Shown one piece after another: positions 28,936 to 36,545 of a stretch of 64,000 bases of DNA. The DNA is from Deltaproteobacteria bacterium (GTDB lineage Bacteria; Desulfobacterota; Binatia; UBA1149; CAITLU01). Each line of letters opens with the position of its first letter. Position 1 is the first letter of the stretch. The notes under the pieces are model-generated. The model saw only the letters and a list, made by a program, of their open reading frames with translations, had not been told where the DNA came from and searched no databases. The DNA lies in assembly GCA_016218925.1 (NCBI GenBank), contig JACRCR010000109.1:42053-106052 (forward strand), written 5' to 3'. A program made the position numbers and the translations under genes.

Positions 28936-29660
28936 GACGGAAGGATTGAGACCGCGACCGAGCCTTCGGCGGGGCTCGTTTAGCGCGCCGGGGCCGTGGC
29001 TGAGCCCGCGAGTGTCGATCAGGGCCGTGCAACGTCTCTGTGACCGAGCGGGCCCTGGGCTGATCGACAACCGCCGACCCGCGCCACCACACGGCAACGC
29101 CGGCCAGCCAAGACGGGTTCGGGTGGTACCAATACAGAGGGGCGAAGGCAGTGTGGGCCCGACCCCGTCCGAGCAACGCCGGCGAGGCGCTAGGCGCAGT
29201 CCGATCGAGATCGGCTCTTCATCTCCGGCAAGCCGACCGATGTCGCTCTGGCGCGGCGCGTTGTGGAGTTGCTGCAGGTACTTGCTCATGCCAGGAAACT
29301 GGCGTCGCCGCAGGCGGCGAACTTGAAGCTCTTGTCCTGCGTGCCGCAGAGCACGGTGGTCGGATCGCCGCCTGCGACTGCAACGCAGATGGGTCCGGCG
29401 ATGTCGCCCGCCTTCAGTTCGGCCTCGTCCATCCCGTCGAACCTTTTCGTCGTCAGGCACCGGCTTGGGTGGAAACGGGACCAGATGCCGCCGGGCGTCG
29501 GCGGAGGTCTGCTGCAGGGCCCGCACAATGGCATCGACATCGTGGTCGTAGCGCTTGGCCAACTCCTCTCAGATCGTGCGGATCTCTTCAACGATCGGAT
29601 CTTGAGCCATGGATTGTTCTCGCCCAGCTCTTCGGGCGTGCAAGTCACCGGCGGCACGAA
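28870..29660 (-). pseudogene. decayed paralogous fragment of gldG (C-terminal ~250 codons), frame-disrupted
   Basis: Minus-strand translations 'AELKAGDIAGPICVAVAGGDPTTVLCGTQDKSFKFAACGDASFLA', 'DEEPISIGLRLAPRR' and 'WLAGVAVWWRGS' align with the GldG C-terminus at 33200-33560 ('AEMKSAEDIAGPVSVGVAGTDKASALGGADDKSFKFAVFGDTSFL', 'GDEELISIAPRVV', 'LAGIAVWWRRS'). They are split across frames. Confidence 0.65.
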
Positions 29661-29749
29661 CCCAGCAGCCCGGCATGCCCTCTCGATCGCAAGCCGAGTC
29701 GCCGCGTTGGCGATGTGCGTACGGTTCTAGGTGAGCAGCTAGCGTAAGC

Positions 29750-30400
29750 GGGAGACCCCCCGGCTATGCCGGGGAGGCAGTAGTCGTTTGACAGTTCCGG
29801 GAGTGATCCACCCAACTCCCCTTCGTGAGCCGCTCAAAGCATCACGAAGAGGAGTGTTGGATGGATCAGTATCGGAACCTCAGTCCCACAAAATGGGATT
29901 GCAAGTACCACATCGTGTTCATCCCGAAGTGCCGCCGCAAGGTGTTGTACGGGACGCTGCGCCTGGATCTCGGGTCGGTGTTTCGGTCGCTCGCCGAGCA
30001 CAAGGAGAGCCGCGTAGAGGAAGGGCACTTGATGCCGGGCCACGTGCACATGCTGCTGTCGATACCGCCGAAGTACGCGGTTTCTCAGATGGTTGGATAC
30101 ATCAAGGGAAAGAGCGCGATCCACGTGGCGCGCACGTTCATGGAGCGCAAGCGCAACTTCGTGGGGCAGCACTTCTGGGCGCGCGGGTACTTTGTTTCGA
30201 CGGTCGGTCGGGACGAGACCGTGATCCGAGAGTACATCCGGTATCAGGAAGCGGAGGACAAACGGGCAGACCAGCTACAACTGTTGCCATAGAGCGCCAC
30301 CTTCAGGTGGCTCACGGTGCCGCTCGCGAGCGGCACCAATCTTAAGCCGCTTTGAGCGGCTCACGCGTTTGAAAGCCCCCGGCTTTGCCGGGGGATCGTT
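29750..30400 (+). mobile_element. IS200/IS605-family insertion sequence (tnpA-only) with subterminal hairpins
   Basis: Left hairpin 'ccccggctatgccgggg' (~29757-29775) and right hairpin 'cccccggctttgccggggg' (~30378-30396). An inverted 16-mer 'gtgagccgctcaaagc'/'gctttgagcggctcac' sits at both ends. Confidence 0.8.
29861..30292 (+). CDS. tnpA: IS200/IS605 family Y1 (HUH) transposase TnpA
   Basis: 'KWDCKYHIVFIPKCRRKVLYG', HuH 'HVHMLLSIPPKYAVSQMVGYIKGKSA', catalytic Tyr region 'YIRYQ'. Confidence 0.85.
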   Translation: MDQYRNLSPTKWDCKYHIVFIPKCRRKVLYGTLRLDLGSVFRSLAEHKESRVEEGHLMPGHVHMLLSIPPKYAVSQMVGYIKGKSAIHVARTFMERKRNFVGQHFWARGYFVSTVGRDETVIREYIRYQEAEDKRADQLQLLP

Positions 30401-30608
30401 ACTCCAGTCCATTGATTGCAGCTACTACGATGTGAACGGCATCTACCACCGCCTTGGGTGGTAGCGCGTCCGCGACGAGGAGGCCTCGCGCCAAGTCAGT
30501 GACAGAATCGGTCACTTGGAGCAGAGGGAACCCCATCAGGGCGGCTTTTCGGTTCGTGGCAGCGCTTGCGTCCCTTCCGTCGGCTTCTTGCAAGACCGCT
30601 CCGGACAC
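30399..30608 (-). pseudogene. possible truncated PIN-domain (VapC-like) gene ending at the IS200 right end
   Basis: 'LVADALPPKAVVDAVHIVVAAINGLE' resembles the PIN 'D..IAATA..G' core. The ORF stops 1 bp from the IS end. Confidence 0.35.
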
Positions 30609-30947
30609 GAAGATATGGAAACGATCGCGGCGTTCCCGCCACTCGACGGTGAGCTCTTGGTGTGGGCGGCGATGACGAGGTCGCGACTCTGGCGTCCCGT
30701 CAGGTAGTTGACGATCGTTGTTTCAAGATAAAACCCTTGGTTTCAGCTCCGTCCCGTGCGAGCAAATCGCGTGCTTAGCGTTCGCCGAACCCTCGAGTTC
30801 CAGGGCCCGGTCAATTCTCATATGCCCGCGACTCCAGTTCGAATATTGGTCCGCGCCGCGTCGCGACGGAAACGCAGCGGCGTGTGGTGCTGGGGCTTTC
30901 GCTAGGGCAGGGGGCGGGGCTACGTATTCTGCGAGAGCGGCCGGAGG

Positions 30948-31030
30948 ATTCGGAGTGGCGTGCGTCACTTTGCGGCCAGCGGTAGGGCCGCCGATTGGAT
31001 CCCGCGGAGGATCGACCGCGGAACGCGGCG
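30948..31030. repeat. ~80-bp dispersed repeat, copy 2
   Basis: See copy 1 at 28855-28935. Confidence 0.6.
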
Positions 31031-31367
31031 GGCATCCGTACGGGACAGGGGGCGACGCAGCTGTCTTCGCTGCGGCCGGCTTCCATGCTGCCGGAGGTCG
31101 TTTATCCGAACACCCGGTCCAAGGTGGAAAGTTCCGCGCGGGCCAGTGGCGAGGCGAGCGCTTACCGTGTCCCGGCGGCGGCGGCTGGCGTGTCAGCGCT
31201 CAAGTCGCGGCTCTTACACCCACGCCCGCCGGAAAGACAGCCGTCCATCCGTGCTCAACTTCTCCGTCGGCTGGCGTATCCGTTGCGACCGGTGCCGTTC
31301 GCGCGGTACAAACTTTGTGGGGAACATCTCCTTCCTGACACGCGATTCAGTCTAAGGGACTCGACCA

Positions 31368-31625
31368 ATGAGAATCGCGCAGCTCCGGCCGGAATCGAAT
31401 TGCATACTGTCGATCATCGCGGACGATGGGCGTATCGGCAAGTTCGACGTGAGTCCGTATCTCGAGTACGAGGCGTTCGAAGGTCTTCGTGACAGCGCCG
31501 AATTCGCGAAGGTGGTCAACGGCGGTTACTTCGTCGAATGGGAATGTGGTGCCGACCTCTCAGCTGACACCATCGAGGCGCGCTGGCAGGTAGTCGGGCG
31601 AGCAGCTCCGCAGACGCCTACCTGA
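31368..31625 (+). CDS. DUF2442-family small protein (usually paired with DUF4160; partner not found)
   Basis: About 85 aa. 'IADDGRIGKFDVSPYLE...FAKVVNGGYFVEWECGADLSADTI' fits the DUF2442 pattern. Confidence 0.55.
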   Translation: MRIAQLRPESNCILSIIADDGRIGKFDVSPYLEYEAFEGLRDSAEFAKVVNGGYFVEWECGADLSADTIEARWQVVGRAAPQTPT

Positions 31626-31666
31626 CCGTTTGAGGCAGACCGCTGAGATACTCTCAGCCGCTGCAC

Positions 31667-33160
31667 TTACTGCCGACTTGGCGCTGTTTCGTCTTCTGCG
31701 CCGTTCCCCGCGGCCGGCGCGTCCTTCGTTGCCGCCCCTACCTTCATCTCGACAAACTCCGCTCTCTTCATCGACAACCGCGACATCTGCGAGGCCGACG
31801 CCGTGAGCACCGCGCTGCGATCGTCGCTCTGCAGGTAGAACACCGGTGTGGTCGCGCCGGGCTCCTTGCTGGCGCCGGTGATGGCTCCGCACAGCCCGTC
31901 TTTGGTGGACAGTTCAACTCGGGCCAGCGGCTCGTCGAGCGCGTAGGCTGTCTTCGTGGCTGGTTCGCCGGCGTCGCCGACCAGCTTGTCGCCTTTCAGG
32001 TCGACGAGACTTTGCATCGCGTTGTCGGCGATGCGCTGGACCACCGCGCCGTCGCCAGCGGGCTCGATGCTCCACGGTTTGCCTGCGCCTTCGCGCAATA
32101 GCGTGAAGGTTTCGCCGTCGCGGGTGAAAGCCATCTTGACGACGTCGTCGCCGTTGCAGCGGACCAGTTTGCGGTCGCGCACGTCGTTGGCCTCGACGCC
32201 GTAGGTGGTGGCCACCCAGTCGGCGACCTTGGCGACCTGCGCAGTGGTCGGGTCTGCCGCGTCCGGCCCGTCCTGAACCCGCTCGAAGAAGGAACCGGCC
32301 GGCGCTGCTTCGTCGGCGACGCCGAGCTTGAAAGCGACCTTGCCGGTAGCGGCAAGGTCGGCCGTCACCGACAGCGACGGCGAGTCCAGGCCGAACTTCG
32401 CGCGATCGATCTCGGGTCCCTCCAAGTACGCCAGGGCTTCGATGGTCGGCAGCGTGCTGACCAGAGCGCGCACCGCTTCGGTGTCGGCTCGATCATTGAT
32501 CGGCGAGAGCAGCGCCCAGTCGTCGCCTTTCTTTTCGAGCTCGATCTTGCGGCCGGCCTTCTCGATGGTGAGCCTCGCGATGGCTTGCGGATTCACGTGC
32601 AGCAGCGACTTGCTGCGGAAGTCGAAGGCGGTCTTCTTGATCGTGGTGTGGAACAGCAGCGCCGTGAGCAGCACGTCGTCGTTGCCTTCCACGCGCACGA
32701 AGGCGTGGTAGTCGACCGGGGTGGTGTTGCCGACGATGATCGCGGGCAGCGTCTTGCCGCCGGCCACGGTCAGTTCGAGACGCGCGCGCGTTCCTGTGGC
32801 GCTCTCCAGGCCGTAACTGGTCAGAGCTTCGGCCTCGCCCTTGGGGATCCGCCGCTCGATGGCTGCGTCGCGCACCGCGCCGAGGAAGAGATCGACGGCG
32901 TTGGTATCGGCTGCGGCCTCGACCGGTGCAACCAGGCGCCAGGCGCCGTCTTTCTTGGCCAGTTCGACCGGCTTGGCGTCGGGGTAGGTCAGCTCGAGGT
33001 GCTCGACCTGGGCCGGTTCGATGTCGACGACGTGGTCGCCTTTGGCCTCGATCGCCATCTTCGGGGCTTCGAAGAAGTAGATGTACAGGCCCAGCGCGAT
33101 CGCCAGCGCAGCGATCAGCGAAGTTCGAAGCAAGCTCACGACTGCAACCTCACCAGCCAA
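31667..33160 (-). CDS. DUF4340 domain protein (GldG-associated)
   Basis: N-terminal TM anchor, a repeated beta-rich domain, and typical position downstream of gldG. Confidence 0.7.
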   Translation of the reverse strand: MAGEVAVVSLLRTSLIAALAIALGLYIYFFEAPKMAIEAKGDHVVDIEPAQVEHLELTYPDAKPVELAKKDGAWRLVAPVEAAADTNAVDLFLGAVRDAAIERRIPKGEAEALTSYGLESATGTRARLELTVAGGKTLPAIIVGNTTPVDYHAFVRVEGNDDVLLTALLFHTTIKKTAFDFRSKSLLHVNPQAIARLTIEKAGRKIELEKKGDDWALLSPINDRADTEAVRALVSTLPTIEALAYLEGPEIDRAKFGLDSPSLSVTADLAATGKVAFKLGVADEAAPAGSFFERVQDGPDAADPTTAQVAKVADWVATTYGVEANDVRDRKLVRCNGDDVVKMAFTRDGETFTLLREGAGKPWSIEPAGDGAVVQRIADNAMQSLVDLKGDKLVGDAGEPATKTAYALDEPLARVELSTKDGLCGAITGASKEPGATTPVFYLQSDDRSAVLTASASQMSRLSMKRAEFVEMKVGAATKDAPAAGNGAEDETAPSRQ

Positions 33161-33199
33161 CCCGTGCGCAAACGCGGTCGCGATGCCGCGGCATCCGGC

Positions 33200-34765
33200 T
33201 CACAGCGAGGACCGGCGCCACCACACGGCGATGCCGGCCAGCAAGATCAGTTCGGGCAGCACCAGCACCGACAGGTAGAAGACCGTGCGCGCCTGTTGCT
33301 CGCCCAGGAACGCGCGCGAGGCGCGAACCACGCGCGGTGCGATCGAGATCAGCTCCTCGTCACCGGCGAGCCAACCGATGACGCTCTGGCCAAGCGCGTC
33401 GTTGTAGAGCTGGCGCAGGTACTGGTTGGTCAGGAAGCTGGTGTCGCCGAAAACCGCGAACTTGAAACTCTTGTCGTCGGCGCCGCCGAGCGCGCTGGCC
33501 TTGTCGGTGCCGGCCACTCCGACCGATACCGGGCCGGCGATGTCCTCGGCGGATTTCATCTCGGCCTCGCCCTGGCTGAAGACGCGAGTGACGTCGGTCT
33601 CGGCCCAACTGGTAGGTGAGGTGAGCGCCAGCGGGGTCACCGAGACGCCGGCGGGCGGCTTGTCGGGCGCGCCAACCGAGCGCGATACCGAAAACAGTGT
33701 GCGCTCGGTCATCGCCTTTACCGAAGGATGCTCGCCGTACTGGGTCACGATCGCATCCATGCCCAGCGAGACTCCCTCGAACAGCCGCACCTGCTGGTCG
33801 AGAATGACGTCGTCTCCGACCTTCGCGCCCAGCTCGCCGGCCAGTAGCGCCAGTTCCGGATCACGCTGGGGTTCGAGCAACACCAGCACGCTGCCGCCCT
33901 TCTTGGCGAAGTCCTTGACCTTGGCCAGCTCGGCGGGGAAGTGGCTGCGGTCGCCGGTAGAGAGCACGACTACCGCGGCGTCGTCGGGAATCGGTCCAGC
34001 GTCGGTGGTGATCAGCGGCTTCACTTCATAGTTCTGGTTGGTCAGCGTGTCGGCGAACAGGCCAAGGCCAGAGGGGGCCTGCTTCTGCGCCACGTCCGGC
34101 TCGCCGTGGCCCTGCACGAAATAGATCGTCTTCTGCTTGGTGGTGGCGACCTTGTGGATGCCGTTGGTGATCGATTCCTCGTCGATCTTGCCGACGGTGG
34201 TCGAACGGTCGGCCTGCTTGATCTTCAGCGTGGGGATGCTGGCGATCAGTTCCTTCTGGGCCAGCTCCGGGCTGATCTGCGGATCGACGATCTGCCACTT
34301 CACTTTGGTGGTGTAGTTGCCGTAGATTTCCGAGACCTCGCGGACGAAAGCTTTGTCCTGAGGGCCGACGAAGGCGAGGATCTGCACCTCCGTGTCGAGC
34401 TTGTCGAGAACCTGTCTGGTCGCGTCGGTCAGGCTGTTGACGCCGGCCGCGGACAGATCCCAGCGCTTGCTGTAGCGGGTGCCGATGAAGTTCAGCATCA
34501 CCACTACCACCACGAAGACGATCGAATAGACCACCGCGTTGGTGCCGTAGCGCGTGGAGCGCCGGCGCAGGAACTCGGTCAAGGATCCCGAGCCCGACGC
34601 GAAGTACCAGATGACACAGACCAGGCCGGCCGCCACGTGCAGCGCCGAGAACCAGCCGAACGAGAACAGGCCCTGCTGCGGGAGCCTGGTCATCCAGTTT
34701 TCGATCAGGCCGAACGCGAGAAAAACAAGACCTGCGATGCCGAGGATCGGTGCGCGACTACCCAC
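33200..34765 (-). CDS. gldG: GldG-family ABC transporter auxiliary/substrate-binding component
   Basis: N- and C-terminal TM anchors flanking a large periplasmic domain. It follows ABC-2 permease and ATPase genes. Confidence 0.75.
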   Translation of the reverse strand: MGSRAPILGIAGLVFLAFGLIENWMTRLPQQGLFSFGWFSALHVAAGLVCVIWYFASGSGSLTEFLRRRSTRYGTNAVVYSIVFVVVVVMLNFIGTRYSKRWDLSAAGVNSLTDATRQVLDKLDTEVQILAFVGPQDKAFVREVSEIYGNYTTKVKWQIVDPQISPELAQKELIASIPTLKIKQADRSTTVGKIDEESITNGIHKVATTKQKTIYFVQGHGEPDVAQKQAPSGLGLFADTLTNQNYEVKPLITTDAGPIPDDAAVVVLSTGDRSHFPAELAKVKDFAKKGGSVLVLLEPQRDPELALLAGELGAKVGDDVILDQQVRLFEGVSLGMDAIVTQYGEHPSVKAMTERTLFSVSRSVGAPDKPPAGVSVTPLALTSPTSWAETDVTRVFSQGEAEMKSAEDIAGPVSVGVAGTDKASALGGADDKSFKFAVFGDTSFLTNQYLRQLYNDALGQSVIGWLAGDEELISIAPRVVRASRAFLGEQQARTVFYLSVLVLPELILLAGIAVWWRRSSL

Positions 34766-34776
34766 TGTCGTTCTCC

Positions 34777-35547
34777 CTATTTCCAGCGCGCCGATTCGAC
34801 CGCACGGTGGGTCAGGAACAGGAACACGACCGACACGCTGGCGAAGTAGACGAGATCGCGGGTGTCGAGCACGCCCTTGATCATGCTCTGGAAGTGCTCG
34901 GTGACCGACAGGTACACCAGGATCGACTTGATCGGTTCACCGGCGCCCTCGGCCGGCCAGCCGATCACGAACAGCAGCAGCAGGATCACCATCGCACTGA
35001 TGGTCGCGATGATCTGGTTGGACGTAAGAGCCGAGGTGAAGTTGCCGGCCGCCACGAAAGTCAGCGCGGTCAGGTAAAGCCCGAGAAAGCCCGCCATCGT
35101 AATGCCGACTTCGGGGTTTCCGTAGACGAACAGGATGGCGGGGAAGACCAGCGCGATCGCGATCATCGCGGTTACCAGGAACGCGCTGGCCAGGTACTTG
35201 CCGAGCACCATCTCGCCGACCCGCACCGGCGAGGTGAACAGCAATTCGAAGGTGGACGAACTCTTCTCTTCGGCGAAGCTTCGCATCGTGATCATCGGGA
35301 TGACGATCAGCAAGACCACGAGCAGATTGCCGAGCAGCGGAGTGATGACGGCGTCGTTGAGGTTCAGCCAGGTGGTATCCATGCCCTGCAGCATCGAGTA
35401 CTGGGCCACCAGGCGGTTGAACTGTCCGAGCATGTTGAAGAAGAACCAACCGGCCAGCAGCGTGAAGCCGGTGAGCACCACATAGGCGATCGGCGAGACG
35501 AAGACCGAGCGGATGTCGCGCCAGGCGATGGCCATGACGTTACGCAT
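34777..35547 (-). CDS. ABC-2 family permease (GldF-like)
   Basis: Six-TM ABC-2 permease. Start at internal Met 'MRNVMAIAWRDI'. Confidence 0.75.
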   Translation of the reverse strand: MRNVMAIAWRDIRSVFVSPIAYVVLTGFTLLAGWFFFNMLGQFNRLVAQYSMLQGMDTTWLNLNDAVITPLLGNLLVVLLIVIPMITMRSFAEEKSSSTFELLFTSPVRVGEMVLGKYLASAFLVTAMIAIALVFPAILFVYGNPEVGITMAGFLGLYLTALTFVAAGNFTSALTSNQIIATISAMVILLLLFVIGWPAEGAGEPIKSILVYLSVTEHFQSMIKGVLDTRDLVYFASVSVVFLFLTHRAVESARWK

Positions 35548-36313
35548 GGGCGGCGTCTCCTTCGGAACTCGTCGCCCGTCCGGCCGCCTGCGGGCCGGCC
35601 AGACCGGCATCCCCGCTGACGTGACGCAGATATTCCTCTTCGAGGCTGCGCTCGCGCACCAATTCGGCGATGTCGGCTTCCAGGGCGATATGCCCGCCGT
35701 TGATGATCACCACCTTGGCGCAGATCTGCTGGACTTCGGGCAGGATGTGGGTGGATAGGATCACCGTGCGATCGGTGGTGAGCCGCCGGATCAGCGAGCG
35801 AATCTCGATGATCTGCGCCGGATCCAGGCCGATGGTCGGTTCGTCCAGAATCAGTACCGCGGGCTCGTGGATCAGCGCCTGGGCCAGCCCGACCCGCTGG
35901 CGGTAGCCTTTGGACAGGTGCCCGCACAGGCGTCCGGCCACTTGCTCGAGGCCGCATTCCTCGATGACGCGATCCGCGGCCCCCGCTACCGCGGTGCGCG
36001 CGATGGCCTTGAGCTTGCCGACGTGCCGCAGGTAGCTGCGCACGGTCATCTCCAGATACAGCGGCGGGGTTTCGGGCAGGTAGCCGATGCGTTTTCGCAC
36101 TTCGAAGGAGTCTTCGAAGACGTCGAAGCCGTCTACCTTCACCGTGCCGGCGGTGGCCGGCATGAAGCCGGTGATGATGCGCATCGTCGTGGTCTTGCCG
36201 GCGCCGTTGGGTCCGAGGAACCCGGCCGCCTGGCCGGTGGCCACCTGGAACGATACGTCGTCGACCGCCGTGATAGACCCGTAGGTCTTGGTCAGATTCT
36301 TGACTTCAATCAT
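35540..36313 (-). CDS. ABC transporter ATP-binding protein (GldA-like)
   Basis: Walker A 'GPNGAGKTT', signature 'LSKGYRQRV', Walker B 'ILDEPT'. Confidence 0.85.
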   Translation of the reverse strand: MIEVKNLTKTYGSITAVDDVSFQVATGQAAGFLGPNGAGKTTTMRIITGFMPATAGTVKVDGFDVFEDSFEVRKRIGYLPETPPLYLEMTVRSYLRHVGKLKAIARTAVAGAADRVIEECGLEQVAGRLCGHLSKGYRQRVGLAQALIHEPAVLILDEPTIGLDPAQIIEIRSLIRRLTTDRTVILSTHILPEVQQICAKVVIINGGHIALEADIAELVRERSLEEEYLRHVSGDAGLAGPQAAGRATSSEGDAAHA

Positions 36314-36545
36314 TCGTTGTTTGGTCCGCTAGGCCGATTGGCCCGCCGCCCTGCCTTGCAAGGCATGGTCTGCGCTAACAGCGCGGCCATCTAAACACGG
36401 CTAGGACGGGAGTCAACGCCACGGTATTCGAGGTCGCGCGGCCGCGACCGAAGAAAGGCCGCCGGCGTGTCCTGCGCCGCGAAGGCCGTCCGTCCGGTAC
36501 CTTGGGTTGGTATGGACGGCCGGCCTTCGCGCGCGGATCCCTTCG

